This document shows positions 45,525 to 56,784 of a stretch of DNA of 64,000 nt, in pieces (position 1 is the stretch's first letter; each line of letters opens with the position of its first letter). The position numbers and the translations under genes were made by a program. This stretch comes from an uncultured Candidatus Saccharibacteria bacterium (lineage in GTDB: Bacteria > Patescibacteriota > Dojkabacteria > GCA-002793355), in assembly GCA_964525295.1 (NCBI GenBank), contig CAZGEO010000001.1:73671-137670 (forward strand). Direction: 5' to 3'. Below the pieces are notes generated by a model, which did no database searches, was not told where the DNA came from, and saw nothing but the letters and a program-made list of their open reading frames with translations.

Positions 45525-46325
45525 ATGCACAACAACTTTACCAAAATATTTCCCAAGAAAAATATCCTTATCGGGATGATTCACCTGCTTGCATCGCCTG
45601 GTTATCCTGAACACCAGGGATTTCAAAAAACGCTCGATTACGCGCTGAACGACCTTCATGCGTTACAACGAGCAGGTTTTGACGCTGTACTCGTAGAGAA
45701 TGACAACGATCAACCGCACATGATTACGCCGACACCAGAAGTAATCAGTTTTATGACATTAATTACTTCTGAAATCGTAAAGCGGGCAGAAATTCCAGTT
45801 GGAGTTGAAGTCCTCTTGAATGATCCACTCGCTTCAATGGGCATTGCTGCAAACACAGGGTGTAAATTTATAAGAACTGATTATTTTGTTGATAGAATGA
45901 GTAGAGATATTTATGGAGGAGAGATGAAAATCCAACCAGAGGAGATTGTCGCCTACAGAAAAAAGCTACAGGCGGAGGAAATACTCATTCTCGCTGATTT
46001 ACAGGTCAAGTACGCAACTCTACTTGAAGAAGGTAAATCTATTGGAACCTCCTTAAAGCAAGCCATTGAGAAAGAAGCGGATGCTGTAGTAATTACGGGC
46101 GATTTCACCGGGGAAAAGCCAAAACTCGATGATTTGATTACTGCACGAAATGAATCACAAGACTTTCCGATTCTTGTTGGAAGTGGTTTCGCAAGCGATA
46201 ATGCAAAACAACTGTTAGAATACGCAAACGGTGCGATTATCGGATCTTCAATTAAAATCGAGGGTTTTAATTCTCCGGTAAGTCTCGAAAAAGCGAGAAC
46301 CTTAGTTGAAATCGCAAAAAGTTAG
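45525..46325 (+). CDS. BtpA/SgcQ-family TIM-barrel protein
   Basis: N-terminal GMIHLLASPGYP resembles the BtpA signature. Confidence 0.5.
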   Translation: MHNNFTKIFPKKNILIGMIHLLASPGYPEHQGFQKTLDYALNDLHALQRAGFDAVLVENDNDQPHMITPTPEVISFMTLITSEIVKRAEIPVGVEVLLNDPLASMGIAANTGCKFIRTDYFVDRMSRDIYGGEMKIQPEEIVAYRKKLQAEEILILADLQVKYATLLEEGKSIGTSLKQAIEKEADAVVITGDFTGEKPKLDDLITARNESQDFPILVGSGFASDNAKQLLEYANGAIIGSSIKIEGFNSPVSLEKARTLVEIAKS

Positions 46326-46345
46326 TTAATTCAGTATAATCTCGT

Positions 46346-48061
46346 ATGAAATCATTATTACAAGCAGCACTTAAAAAAGTTATCGAAGAATTGTACAGCA
46401 TTACCGACGTTACACCTTCAATTGACTTTACAAATGATTTGAAATTCGGTGACTTCACAACAAATATCGCGATGGTAATAACCAAGACAGTAAAAAAAGC
46501 ACCAAATGTCATAGCTTTAGAAATATCACAGAAATTATCTAACGAGGCGCTACAAGATGCTATTCCAGCAAAGATTCAAACCATTACCCCTATTGGTGGA
46601 TTTATAAACTTTACCCTTTCAACCAATCTACTTTGGGACTTAATAATCGGTATTAATAGAAATTACGGCACAACAACTGTCAAACAAGTCGAGCGTATTA
46701 TGGTGGAATACGGTCAGCCAAACACTCACAAACTACCGCACATTGGGCACCTTTTTTCATATATCGTTGGTGACTCTTTAGCTCGAATAAAAGAAACTCA
46801 AGGCCACAGCGTTATGAGGGCAAATTACCAAGGAGATGTTGGACCTCACGTTGCAAAAGCGATTTATGGCTTTATTCAGATTGGGCAAATTGATCCGAAA
46901 AGCCCTGAAGAAAGGGTTCGATTGTTACAAAAATGTTATCAAGAAGGTAGCAAGGCATACGAGGAAGATCCAATTGCCAAAGAAACCATCGATGATATTA
47001 ATAAAAAGATCTATACTGAAGATCCAGAAATTATCCAAATTTGGAAAGAAACCAGACAATGGTCAGTTGATTATTATGCGATGTTTGAACAAAAACTAGG
47101 TGTTCAACAAACTTTTCACTACTTCGAAAAGGATACTTTCAAAACAGGCAAACAAATTGTTGAAGAAAACATAGGGAAAATTTTTGAAAAGAGTGAGGGA
47201 GCAATTATCTTCCCAGGGAAAAAGTTTGGATATCACGACAGAGTTTTCTTAACAAAAAACAATACTCCAACTTACGAGGCAAAAGATGTTGGATTAAATA
47301 TTCAAAAATTCCAAGATTGGGAATATGATCAAAATATTATCACTACTGCTAGTGAGCAAAATGCTTATTTCGACGTTGTTATCAAAGCAATAGAGCAGGT
47401 TGCACCACACCTCGAAGGGAAAGTAAAACATATTGGTTTCGGTATGATTTCGCTTTCAACAGGAAAAATGAGCTCTCGAACTGGGCAAATACTTAGTGCA
47501 ATCGACCTAATCGATGCAGTTCAGGGTAGAGTAGAAGAAATTATGAAATCTCGAGAAGGATTAAGTGAACAAGAAAGAGAGGCAATCATTGAAAAAGTCG
47601 CTATGGCAGCGATCAAATTCGCCTTCTTAAAACAAAATATTCTGCAAAATATGAAATTTGATATCGAAGAATCTGTTTCTTTCGAAGGACGATCTGGCCC
47701 ATATTTGCAGTACACTTATGCACGAATCAATAGTATTCTAAGACAAAATACCTCAACTACATCGGCCACTGCTACCGATGAGCAATTCTTACAAACTGAG
47801 CCAGAAATTTCGCTGATGCGCTGGATCTACCGTTTTCCTCATATGGTAAGTGAGGCGAGTACTCAAAATGCACCACATCTTGTTGCTGAATACACATACC
47901 AATTAGCCCAATACTTCAACACTTTCTATACTTCATGTCCAATAAATACAGCTAAAGATGAAGAAACTAAACGTGCAAGAAAGACTTTGGCCGAAAAGAC
48001 GGCTCAAGTTATAAAAAATGGTTTGGAATTGCTGGGAATTGAAACTGTCGAGAAGATGTAA
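46346..48061 (+). CDS. argS: arginyl-tRNA synthetase
   Basis: HIGH motif PHIGHLFSYIVGD, C-terminal GKMSSRTGQ (ArgS variant of KMSKS), DALR-like anticodon-binding C-terminus. 571 aa. Confidence 0.85.
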   Translation: MKSLLQAALKKVIEELYSITDVTPSIDFTNDLKFGDFTTNIAMVITKTVKKAPNVIALEISQKLSNEALQDAIPAKIQTITPIGGFINFTLSTNLLWDLIIGINRNYGTTTVKQVERIMVEYGQPNTHKLPHIGHLFSYIVGDSLARIKETQGHSVMRANYQGDVGPHVAKAIYGFIQIGQIDPKSPEERVRLLQKCYQEGSKAYEEDPIAKETIDDINKKIYTEDPEIIQIWKETRQWSVDYYAMFEQKLGVQQTFHYFEKDTFKTGKQIVEENIGKIFEKSEGAIIFPGKKFGYHDRVFLTKNNTPTYEAKDVGLNIQKFQDWEYDQNIITTASEQNAYFDVVIKAIEQVAPHLEGKVKHIGFGMISLSTGKMSSRTGQILSAIDLIDAVQGRVEEIMKSREGLSEQEREAIIEKVAMAAIKFAFLKQNILQNMKFDIEESVSFEGRSGPYLQYTYARINSILRQNTSTTSATATDEQFLQTEPEISLMRWIYRFPHMVSEASTQNAPHLVAEYTYQLAQYFNTFYTSCPINTAKDEETKRARKTLAEKTAQVIKNGLELLGIETVEKM

Positions 48062-48214
48062 AATAATTACTAATTATCAATTTTCAATTATCAATGCAGA
48101 TTATTGGATAATGATGTAAAGTGGTAAAACTCTAAAGTAGTGAAGCACGAAAGCGTTAATGCTTTATGTATTGGCGTTTACTACAATACCATGAAAATGG
48201 TATAATTACCAAGT

Positions 48215-48775
48215 ATGCTTCTCCAATTAACATATGCTGGCAATCCAGTTCTTTACAAAAAATGTAAGGAGATTCCCGTAAAGGAGATCCTGAGTGCAAA
48301 GGTTCAGACATTTCTTAACAATATGTCTGAAACAATGCTATCTTTTGATAATATTGCAGGCCTTGCAGCCCCGCAAGTAAACAAAGAGTTGCGACTTTTC
48401 GGCATAGTATTGCCAGAAAAGTCGCTTACCTACGAGCCCGTAACCCCAAGAGGGGAGCGAGTAATAACCCCTGATGAACCATTTTTCTTTATTAATCCAA
48501 AACTAAGCTTCCCAGAGCCAACAACTGAATTAAAGCCTGAAGCATGTCTTAGTATTCCGTATTATTATGGTATGGTCGAACGACATAGCAAAGTAAAAAT
48601 TTCGGCATACACAAGAGAAGGAAAATACTTCGAAATTATTGCTTCAAAATTCCTATCACGCGTTATTCAGCACGAATACGATCACCTTGATGGTATTCTT
48701 TGGTTCGATAGAGTGAAATCAAAAAACGACATTATTTACAACGGCATCGCACTTCAAGACGAAGTCGACGAATAA
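48215..48775 (+). CDS. def: peptide deformylase
   Basis: Motifs GLAAPQV, EACLSIP, HEYDHLDG. Confidence 0.8.
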   Translation: MLLQLTYAGNPVLYKKCKEIPVKEILSAKVQTFLNNMSETMLSFDNIAGLAAPQVNKELRLFGIVLPEKSLTYEPVTPRGERVITPDEPFFFINPKLSFPEPTTELKPEACLSIPYYYGMVERHSKVKISAYTREGKYFEIIASKFLSRVIQHEYDHLDGILWFDRVKSKNDIIYNGIALQDEVDE

Positions 48776-48784
48776 CCACAAGCG

Positions 48785-49297
48785 ATGTCGCCATTGTTCA
48801 GCCAAGAATCAGATTGGGCGAACGTACATTTTCATATTGAAATATTTACTGCGTCAGACTTTACAGGTGAATTGACACCACTTAAGCAATCTTGTGGCTT
48901 AGCACTTAACACAACTAATCGAGTGTTGCTCGTTAAAGGTCGCAGCGGGCTTTGGCAACTGCCCGGTGGCAGAATCGAACCTGATGAAACTCCGGTTGAA
49001 GCGTTAAATAGAGAACTTCTTGAAGAGGCCGCTGTCATCGTCGATCAATCAAGCATACAGCTTGCTTTTTTTCAAAGCAACTCCATAACAAAAGATGGCA
49101 TTACCACATTCAAAGGATATGAACTGAGATACTTCTGCAAAATCATCGAGCAACAAGAATTTTTCAATGATCCTGATAAAGGAGATGTAACAGAACAAAT
49201 GTATTGCGAAATAAATGAATTAGATAAATATCTCCTTTGGGGGGAAACAACGACCTTCATTCAACAGCTCCTGAAAAATTTTATAATTAGTAATTGA
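48785..49297 (+). CDS. NUDIX hydrolase
   Basis: Nudix box LPGGRIEPDETPVEALNRELLEEAAV. Confidence 0.6.
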   Translation: MSPLFSQESDWANVHFHIEIFTASDFTGELTPLKQSCGLALNTTNRVLLVKGRSGLWQLPGGRIEPDETPVEALNRELLEEAAVIVDQSSIQLAFFQSNSITKDGITTFKGYELRYFCKIIEQQEFFNDPDKGDVTEQMYCEINELDKYLLWGETTTFIQQLLKNFIISN

Positions 49298-49343
49298 GAA
49301 TTATTAATTGACATAAAGCTCCCTACTTGTTACTCTTCACTAT

Positions 49344-50795
49344 ATGAAATTCATCGAAAAATCTTTAGTAGCTATAACAATTACTGCTGCACTTTTAGTC
49401 TCAACTCCAGCTTTTTTCATTGCCAAGGTACAGGCACAAGCTACACCGACACCAACGGCTAATGCAACCTCAACTGCAGAAAGCGAACTTGAGCGCCCAA
49501 GAACTATGTTAAAAGAAATTTCACTAACGCTTCCCGATGCAACAGACGATCCCAACTATACAATTACTTTCGTTGATCCCTCTGGGCAAGGCGTAGATAT
49601 TACCGTAGACGATAAAACTACAACTAAGGCCAAAAGTCCATTTCTTCTTCAAAACTTAGCCATCGGGCAACATACATTAACCTTCAAATTCAAAAATAAA
49701 GAAGGGCTACTCAGAATTCTTACCCAGAAGCTTATGGTCGTTCCAAAAGCGCCAATTCTTGATTCCGCAACCAAAACAGTCGTCAACAAACCTTCTCAGG
49801 TGATCTTCAAGGGAACAGCACTTCCTCAAGCCAACGTATTAATCGTCATTAATAGTCAAGACACGCACACCGTAACCGTTAACACCGAGGGGCAATGGGA
49901 ATTTATTGTTCCTGAGCCGAAAACGGGTGTAAACAACGTTATTTTCTTTACTGTTAGAGATGGAATCGTTAGTATTCCCTCAAAATCTTTTAGCTACGAA
50001 TATCAACAATCAGCCACAGCCACAAATACAGAAACAATCGGTGTTGAAGGAAATACCTTTCTTCAAGCATTACAAACACTAGGCGCCAATATTGATGCCA
50101 ATCGACAGCAAAATCCCTTACTTTTTTATGGAGTTATTGGGATTGCACTATTAGCAATTCTTGTTGTTGTTGAACTTTCTCTTCGTAAGAAAGCAGCCAA
50201 AAAGCGAGAGGAGAAAACAATAGCAGCTTTATTTGGTTCAGTACAAAAAGATGGTGGAAGCATCGTTGACATAATTCAATCTATGCAAAAAGGCGACAAA
50301 AAAACTGCAGTCGTTGAAGAAAAGCCAGCCACTCCTGAGCCAGTGAAAAAAGCTATCGAAGCACTCAAAGTAAAACTTGATGATTCTGACGAAGAAGTCG
50401 AAAAGACTGAAGAAAAGCCAGTTACTCCAGTTGAAAAGCAAGAAGAGAAAATAGTGACCGAAACGCCTAAAATCGTTCCTGAAACAATACTGAAAGAAGA
50501 ACCAAAGAAAAAGAGTTTCAATATATTTGGTCTATTCAAAAAGGAGAAGAGCGCTAATGAACCTAAAAAAGAGGAAATTGTAGAGATTGATAAAACAAAA
50601 GAGCCAATAACTCCTAAAGTTGAAACTGAAGAAAAACCAATCGAGACGAAGAAACCAAAGAAGGAAAAAAAGACCAAGGAACCAGAAAAAATTTCAATAG
50701 AAGAAGCAGTTGAAACAGAAGAACCAGAAAAGAAAGTTCTTACCAAAGAAGAATTCCTTAAGCAGTTTCAGAAGGGTTCCGGGCAAGACGAATAA
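49344..50795 (+). CDS. secreted/membrane protein with Lys/Glu-rich C-terminal tail
   Basis: Signal peptide, internal TM helix, long KE-rich low-complexity tail. Confidence 0.4.
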   Translation: MKFIEKSLVAITITAALLVSTPAFFIAKVQAQATPTPTANATSTAESELERPRTMLKEISLTLPDATDDPNYTITFVDPSGQGVDITVDDKTTTKAKSPFLLQNLAIGQHTLTFKFKNKEGLLRILTQKLMVVPKAPILDSATKTVVNKPSQVIFKGTALPQANVLIVINSQDTHTVTVNTEGQWEFIVPEPKTGVNNVIFFTVRDGIVSIPSKSFSYEYQQSATATNTETIGVEGNTFLQALQTLGANIDANRQQNPLLFYGVIGIALLAILVVVELSLRKKAAKKREEKTIAALFGSVQKDGGSIVDIIQSMQKGDKKTAVVEEKPATPEPVKKAIEALKVKLDDSDEEVEKTEEKPVTPVEKQEEKIVTETPKIVPETILKEEPKKKSFNIFGLFKKEKSANEPKKEEIVEIDKTKEPITPKVETEEKPIETKKPKKEKKTKEPEKISIEEAVETEEPEKKVLTKEEFLKQFQKGSGQDE

Positions 50796-51951
50796 GCATT
50801 CCCGCAAAAATACCGAACATAAGGATTGAAGAACCTCCATAACTTACGAAAGGTAGGGTGATTCCTTTGACCGGCATAAGTGCAACATTCGCTGCTAAGT
50901 GAAACAATGTTTGCACAATGAACCACGTGGCAAGCCCCCATACGAATAAGCGTTGATACTGATTCTTCTGCTTTTCAGCGACTTCCGCCATAAGCATAAA
51001 TAAATAGACGTAAATACCCACAAAAAGAATACTCAAGAAGAATCCTAATTCTTCAAAAATAACTGCAGCAATAGAATCGGTAAAAGCTGTTGCTTCAACG
51101 AAATATCCATGTCTTAATCGCGATTGACCGATTCCTTTACCCCAAAGCCCGCCCGACCCAACTCCTATCAAAATATTTCTTAGCTGCAGCCCTGAATTCC
51201 ATTCATCTTGAATTTGCCCTGTTTGTGTAAAGGTAACATAAGTTTTTATTCGCTCGAATCGATATGGCTCTAAAATGAGGGCAACCGCAACAACAAGAAC
51301 GCCAAGTACTGCTAAGACAGCGACATCAGCCTTTTTCCACCTACTAGGCGATAACAGATACATAACAAAAAATGATGCGCCAATGACAACGACATTTCCT
51401 AAATCTGGCTCTAGTAAAATCAAAAGTAACATGACAGCAATCGGAAGAACTGCAAGCGCAAATTTTACAATGTGGTCTTTATATGTTTTGTTTTTTGACC
51501 AGTCGATACCCGCAAAAATTTGCGCACCAAAAAGAACAGCTAATAATTTCGCTGCCTCCGAAGGTTGAAACGTTTTTGACCCAATATACAACCATCGGTG
51601 AGCGCCATTTAAATCAGGCATAAAGAAAACTGCAATAAGTGCGATAAGAAGTACAATGTAAGCAAGCACCGTAAATTTCTTCCAGAGTGAACTAGGAATA
51701 AAGCTAACTATCAAACCAGCAATAGCAGCAATTGCGATCCACTGAATGTGCAAAATTCCTATTGCATTCGGATTCCCCAGCTCAACAGTACTAAAGTACC
51801 GTGATGCTGAAAATACCTCAACAGCACCGAAAATTGTCAGTGCTAAGATCAATCCCAAAATGGTTTTCCATAAAGAACCAGGTGAACCTGTTTCTTTACC
51901 TTGGACCTCTCGAAATTGGGGCCTTTTAAAGTCGAGCATCGTTGTTCTCAT
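50758..51951 (-). CDS. SEDS-family peptidoglycan polymerase (FtsW/RodA)
   Basis: Ten TM helices and C-terminal SYGGSS-like GITLPFVSYGGSS. Confidence 0.8.
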   Translation of the reverse strand: MRTTMLDFKRPQFREVQGKETGSPGSLWKTILGLILALTIFGAVEVFSASRYFSTVELGNPNAIGILHIQWIAIAAIAGLIVSFIPSSLWKKFTVLAYIVLLIALIAVFFMPDLNGAHRWLYIGSKTFQPSEAAKLLAVLFGAQIFAGIDWSKNKTYKDHIVKFALAVLPIAVMLLLILLEPDLGNVVVIGASFFVMYLLSPSRWKKADVAVLAVLGVLVVAVALILEPYRFERIKTYVTFTQTGQIQDEWNSGLQLRNILIGVGSGGLWGKGIGQSRLRHGYFVEATAFTDSIAAVIFEELGFFLSILFVGIYVYLFMLMAEVAEKQKNQYQRLFVWGLATWFIVQTLFHLAANVALMPVKGITLPFVSYGGSSILMFGIFAGMLIRLARNPSETA

Positions 51952-51977
51952 CTAGGTTTTAGTGTATCATAGTTCTG

Positions 51978-52757
51978 ATGCCTAACCAATCTACTGTAGT
52001 TCCTGTAATCCTCCTCGATGGGATGTTAGCCTCAGGAAGTTCAGTCATTTCTACCTACGTTGGAACTTCTTACTCATTCTTCGTTGTAAACGGTAATCAA
52101 TACCTTCGTGATTTGGGCGTATCAACGGGCTATGTTCGCGCACCACTTGGTACTATCGACCACGAACGACAGCTATTAGACTTCTATCAATATATCGTCA
52201 ACGATGGAGCTCAAGTTCATGATCAGATCTATTCGTTCCTCACCAGTAAAGTAAGCATTGCAAAGGAACCGACCATCGTTCATTGCACAGGCTACGCTGC
52301 TTATGCTTTTGCAAAACAACTTCCCGTTAAAAATATTTACTGGTTGCACGCAACAATTAAAGATAGAGTAGAGCGATTATTTCATGCTCACAAGTTAGAA
52401 GCAGACGACACCGTGAAACAGGAGTTTCACGAAAAGCTCGAAAAGATAGATCAACTTTGGTCCGAAAAATTGATGAATAACTTGGGTGTCGATTTACAAG
52501 CATTTGAGAAGCGTCAAGAAAAAATTATCGATACTGCGAACCTCACAATTGACCAAGCATATCAAAAATTGGCAACTGTTGAAGAGTTTATCGATACCTA
52601 CAACCAATTAGCTCATCTGATGCCTGAATACACTCACGAATGGCGCCGTTGGCGCTGTCTGAATTGTCAATTGGTCCTTGAGACGAACAAAGTTGTTGTG
52701 AAATGCCCTCGCTGTTCAAATGCCGATCCAAATCGCTTCCGAGACCTTAGTGAGTAA
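51978..52757 (+). CDS. hypothetical protein with C-terminal zinc ribbon
   Basis: CLNCQ ... CPRC. Confidence 0.35.
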   Translation: MPNQSTVVPVILLDGMLASGSSVISTYVGTSYSFFVVNGNQYLRDLGVSTGYVRAPLGTIDHERQLLDFYQYIVNDGAQVHDQIYSFLTSKVSIAKEPTIVHCTGYAAYAFAKQLPVKNIYWLHATIKDRVERLFHAHKLEADDTVKQEFHEKLEKIDQLWSEKLMNNLGVDLQAFEKRQEKIIDTANLTIDQAYQKLATVEEFIDTYNQLAHLMPEYTHEWRRWRCLNCQLVLETNKVVVKCPRCSNADPNRFRDLSE

Positions 52758-52779
52758 ACCCCTTAGTGTTTTACTATAC

Positions 52780-53406
52780 TCACAGCATTGAAACTTGCCC
52801 TTTAGTTGGCTTCATTCCTCTATATGCAAGAACTAGATCACTTACTGAATCAACTTTATAATGATTTTGTAATTTGGGCCAAAGCCAGAAAAATCCGTCT
52901 TTAGTAAACTGAGAATCAGCCAATGCTCGATGCTTCTTCAACTGGGGATCAAGTCCTGCAAGTTGCATCAAAGTTTTCAATTTCCGACTAGGTGCTTCAG
53001 GAACGACCTTACTCATTAAGTGCATCGTATCCAAATATGGACGATTGTTAAATTCTTGATACCACGGAGTAGAAACATGCCCACGACGCCCGAGTGACTG
53101 ATCAATAACTCGCAAATCATATAAAGTATTATGACCAATCACAATTGCGCCAGTTGAACGTTCAACAACAGAAGGGAAATATTCGTGAATTTGTGGAGCA
53201 CCCTTAACCATATCATTTGAAATTTCAATAAGCCACTCCGTATACGAGTTTATCGGAACTAATGGCGAAATAAATGATTGTCCTTCTTCAATAATTTGAT
53301 CATTTTCTGTAAGAATCCAACCAATTTCAACAACTTCGGTAATCATGGCGTCTCCATACCATCCAGTCGTAGTTTCAGTATCAATGAAAAGCAATCTATC
53401 TGCCAT
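52780..53406 (-). CDS. DEDDh 3'-5' exonuclease (DnaQ-like)
   Basis: Exo I LLFIDTETTT, Exo II VIGHNTLYDLRV, Exo III HRALADS. Confidence 0.65.
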   Translation of the reverse strand: MADRLLFIDTETTTGWYGDAMITEVVEIGWILTENDQIIEEGQSFISPLVPINSYTEWLIEISNDMVKGAPQIHEYFPSVVERSTGAIVIGHNTLYDLRVIDQSLGRRGHVSTPWYQEFNNRPYLDTMHLMSKVVPEAPSRKLKTLMQLAGLDPQLKKHRALADSQFTKDGFFWLWPKLQNHYKVDSVSDLVLAYRGMKPTKGQVSML

Positions 53407-53412
53407 AGGTAG

Positions 53413-54141
53413 TTACGTCGAAAGATTATGAATTTGTACAATGAATTGCATGATCAATGCAGTCAACACCAAGTTTTCGTTAAAGTTTTTTGGCATTTCA
53501 ATTGTTAAGCAACGCGAAAATGCTCCTGTATTTATTGCCCATTCTTCAAGAAACAACAACTCATCGTCTTTCTTTGCTGCCGGAATATAGCCATTTTTTG
53601 AAGTATAACCTAACCAAACATCTTCTGGATCATCAGCACCAGAATATAATGGTACTGACAATGCCTTTAATTTCTCATAAAATGGATATAAAACTTCATT
53701 AGGCAAAACTCCTGTGTCGTATAAATAAAACTCCTCAAATTGTAAATCTTCATGAAATGTAACAGCTGTTGCCTTTCTTGCCTTTGATAGGAGAATTTTC
53801 AAAGAATTTATCTCAACATCATTTTCAACATTGAATGAACGATTGATATCTCGCCCATATTTATTAAATCGTGTTTGTTGTAATACAGCACTCGGACTCA
53901 CTTCTGGAATATATAAAAAAGCCGGTAAATCGGCATACATCGCTTCAATCACTTTCGTCACATACGGAGTAACTCCTGCTTCATCACCATGAGTACCAGA
54001 AAGTATGACTAATTTGGGCGATTTGCCTTTTACGTGGTAGCGAATTGGCCCAAACGATTCAAATATCATGCCGAATTGTAACATTGTAATTGTGAAGAAG
54101 TATAGTGGCAATAATTTTTCGTTTCGAGTAAGATAGTACAT
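53413..54141 (-). CDS. AstE/AspA (succinylglutamate desuccinylase/aspartoacylase)-like zinc hydrolase
   Basis: SGTHGDE zinc-ligand motif. Paralogous to 55171-55881. Confidence 0.45.
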   Translation of the reverse strand: MYYLTRNEKLLPLYFFTITMLQFGMIFESFGPIRYHVKGKSPKLVILSGTHGDEAGVTPYVTKVIEAMYADLPAFLYIPEVSPSAVLQQTRFNKYGRDINRSFNVENDVEINSLKILLSKARKATAVTFHEDLQFEEFYLYDTGVLPNEVLYPFYEKLKALSVPLYSGADDPEDVWLGYTSKNGYIPAAKKDDELLFLEEWAINTGAFSRCLTIEMPKNFNENLVLTALIMQFIVQIHNLST

Positions 54142-55174
54142 GAGAAAAGTAGCATTAATAACAGGTATAACTGGCCAAGATGGCTCTTACTTAGCAGATT
54201 TATTGCTCTCCAAAGGTTACGAAATTCATGGGATTGTCAGAAGAAGTTCAAACTTCAATACTCAACGAATCAACCAACATATGGAGAATAAGAATTTCAA
54301 GCTACATTTTGGCGATTTAACTGATTCATCCTCATTGAACAATTTAGTGCGCGAATTGCAACCAACAGAAGTCTACAATTTAGGCGCACAAAGCCATGTC
54401 AAAGTAAGCTTTGAAGTACCTGAATATACCGCCGATGTTGTAGGGCTTGGCACTCTCAGATTACTTGAAGCACTTAAAAATAACGCTCCTCGGGCAAAAT
54501 TCTATCAAGCCTCAAGTAGTGAGATGTTCGGTAAAGTTGTTGAGGTTCCGCAACGCGAAACTACACGTTTTTATCCACGTTCACCCTATGGTGTTGCAAA
54601 AGTGTTTGGTTACTACATTACAGTAAATTATCGAGAAAGTTATGATTTACATTGTTCAAACGGAATTCTCTTCAATCACGAATCTCCTCGTCGAGGAAAA
54701 ACCTTTGTAACTCGCAAAATCACCCGCGGTTTAGTCAATGTACTTCTCGGCAGGGAAGAATGCCTCTATCTCGGTAACATGGATTCTCAACGCGACTGGG
54801 GGCACGCAGCCGATTATGTTGAAGCAATGTGGTTGATGCTCCAACAAGAAAAAGGTGATGATTACGTTGTAGCCACTGGAGAAACTCACTCAGTTAGAGA
54901 ATTCGTTGAACTTGCAGCGAAAAAATTAGATTTTGATCTTGAATGGAAAGGTAAAGGGCTCAACGAAGTTGGGATCGATAAAAAGACTGGCAAAGAGATT
55001 ATTCGCATTGACGAACGATTCTTTAGGCCCGCAGAAGTCGATTTATTGCTTGGTGATGCCAGTAAAGCCAAAAATGCGCTCGATTGGCAACCAAAATATT
55101 CGTTTTTGCAATTAGTTAATGAAATGGTTGAATCAGACCTAAAGAACGAAAAAGAGCAATTATACGAATACTAG
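54140..55174 (+). CDS. gmd: GDP-mannose 4,6-dehydratase
   Basis: [31 protein letters not shown] ... YGVAKV catalytic YxxxK. 344 aa. Confidence 0.9.
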   Translation: MRKVALITGITGQDGSYLADLLLSKGYEIHGIVRRSSNFNTQRINQHMENKNFKLHFGDLTDSSSLNNLVRELQPTEVYNLGAQSHVKVSFEVPEYTADVVGLGTLRLLEALKNNAPRAKFYQASSSEMFGKVVEVPQRETTRFYPRSPYGVAKVFGYYITVNYRESYDLHCSNGILFNHESPRRGKTFVTRKITRGLVNVLLGREECLYLGNMDSQRDWGHAADYVEAMWLMLQQEKGDDYVVATGETHSVREFVELAAKKLDFDLEWKGKGLNEVGIDKKTGKEIIRIDERFFRPAEVDLLLGDASKAKNALDWQPKYSFLQLVNEMVESDLKNEKEQLYEY

Positions 55175-55881
55175 TTTAATTCGGTAAGTAGAGGAAAATC
55201 ATTATCAAAAATTGCCAATGACTCTTCTTGCTGTACAAGCTCAGATGCAAGTTTTAGGGTAAGTTCAACAATCTCATCGACTTTTTGATGATTTGCTGGA
55301 ATTTCTACAGTCAATACGCGTGATGCATGACTGTGGTACAAAATCCAATCATCAACAAAAGTACCAATTGGTCGGGCAGAGTACACATCGGCGAGATATC
55401 CATCTTGAAAGTGATTGGCTAAATGTTCATCATGTGGATCATCAACGCCATTGTATAGTGGCACTAGCAATCTCTTTAGTGCTCGTTGATACCATTGCAG
55501 TAAATCATCATTTATACGCCCCGAATCATACATATAAAACTGATTGGTTTCGAGATCTTCATGAAATGTGACTGCAATTGAGTGCGTTGCGAGTGCAAGA
55601 ATTTGTTTATTTGCAACAACTTCAGGGTCATCTGTTGGTATACCGAAAATTCTATTTAAATCGTTACCGTATTTATTAACTCGCGATCCTAAGGCAACTG
55701 CAGACGGACTAACACGAGGTACAAATAGAAAATTCGGAAGATCTGAATAAAGATCGTTTACCACGCGTTCTAATGGGGCAATTACATGGTTTTCATCACC
55801 GTGAGTGCCACTATGAATGATTAAACGTGGCGCAACGCCTTTCAGGTGGTACTGTACCTCACCAATTTTTGAATAGTTCAT
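55171..55881 (-). CDS. AstE/AspA-like zinc hydrolase, paralog
   Basis: SGTHGDE ... [16 protein letters not shown], collinear with 53413-54141. Confidence 0.45.
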   Translation of the reverse strand: MNYSKIGEVQYHLKGVAPRLIIHSGTHGDENHVIAPLERVVNDLYSDLPNFLFVPRVSPSAVALGSRVNKYGNDLNRIFGIPTDDPEVVANKQILALATHSIAVTFHEDLETNQFYMYDSGRINDDLLQWYQRALKRLLVPLYNGVDDPHDEHLANHFQDGYLADVYSARPIGTFVDDWILYHSHASRVLTVEIPANHQKVDEIVELTLKLASELVQQEESLAIFDNDFPLLTELN

Positions 55882-56179
55882 CGTTTTTACGAATCAACTT
55901 AACTTACGAGTTATGTTTCACGTGTTCGCAAAAGCGACAGGGCGTGAAACATCACCACTGTAGTGGTAAGTTGGACATGTCAGCAGCTAAGCTTTTGGGG
56001 TAGAGAACCGTCAGCTGTTTTCACTGCACCGTCATGTCACGAAAAGAAAGGGAGATTCGCAATACGCGATGTTTGTTCTACCAAAGCAAGAAAGAAATCA
56101 AACGAAGAAATTCTTCAATGCGGTCTCTTTGCTACTTTCAGGCTATATTGAAATCACTTACTTTCTTAAGCGGATTATA

Positions 56180-56477
56180 GCAGGAAAACAGGGGAGAATC
56201 AATTAATAAGGGTATCCCGTTAGCGACATAAAACAATAAAGCGCTAGATCGTCGGCACTACAAGTACTAAGGCGTTACTTCTTCGAGCCCCGCGTCGCCT
56301 GAATGAACGTCAGTACATTTTCCCTAGCACTTCAACTCCCACACTAAACTTTCTCATTTTTCTTTCTCTCATCAAATACCCTTTATTCGGCATTTTGATT
56401 TTATTGAATCTCAGTATGCGGTGAGCGTAACCGAAAGAACTCCGTCTTTCGGTAGTGAACGAACAGCATTATTAACA
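56180..56477 (-). repeat. divergent partial copy of the tRNA-flanking element, in tandem after copy 5
   Basis: The minus strand reads ...GGGAAAATGTACTGACGTTCATTCAGGCGACGCGGGGCTCGAAG..., i.e. hairpin plus GCGGGGCT core. No clear 3' junction or tRNA-end copy. Confidence 0.4.
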
Positions 56478-56784
56478 TAATGAGAGAAAGAAAAATGAAA
56501 TGCCGAAGGAGGGACTCGAACACCCAACAATTTCAGGATTCACCGCGCAATACTTGTTCATCACTGAAATTGCACTTGATACATTTATATGATTTTAGGC
56601 GCGTTCCCGCTCTCGTCAAACGTAAGGTCACTTACGTTTTCCTCAAGTTTCGAGTCACACAGCTTAACCTCTTCCTTATTTTTTCCTCACAACATTTTTT
56701 TGTGCGTAAACCAAATGAAGTAGATTACTTCATCGGTAACAAACGAAAGGTCTCGGAAAAATGGTGAGGAGAAAAATAATGAAA
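56478..56784 (-). repeat. tRNA-3'-flanking element copy 5 (after tRNA-Leu, minus strand)
   Basis: tgccgaaggagggactcgaac on the plus strand at 56501-56521 duplicates 56785-56805, the last 21 nt of tRNA-Leu, with a similar pyrimidine-rich flank. Minus-strand junction AAATTGTTGGGTGTTCGAGTCCC. Hairpin AACGTAAG-GTCA-CTTACGTT at 56618-56637. Core at 56591-56614. Confidence 0.7.

Noticed and set aside
55840-55870. AAAATTGGTGAGG near 55850 resembling the element junction AAATTGGTGGG
   Set aside because: It lies inside the AstE/AspA-like CDS, encoding ...KIGE... near its N-terminus, with no other element features. Coincidence.
55882-56180. Looked for RNase P RNA, SRP RNA or tmRNA in the ~600-nt ORF-free region 55882-56480 (10-bp inverted repeat ATGTTTCACG...CGTGAAACAT)
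   Set aside because: None of the conserved boxes were found: GAAAGTCCGG and AGGGTGAAA for RNase P RNA, AGGUCCGGAAGGAAGC for SRP RNA, and the tmRNA ends. The stretch is better explained by the tandem element copies.
55963-56767. Track ORFs 55963-56151 and 56480-56767 in the ORF-free stretch next to tRNA-Leu
   Set aside because: They overlap the element copies 5 and 6, and their translations are not conserved between element paralogs. Treated as spurious.
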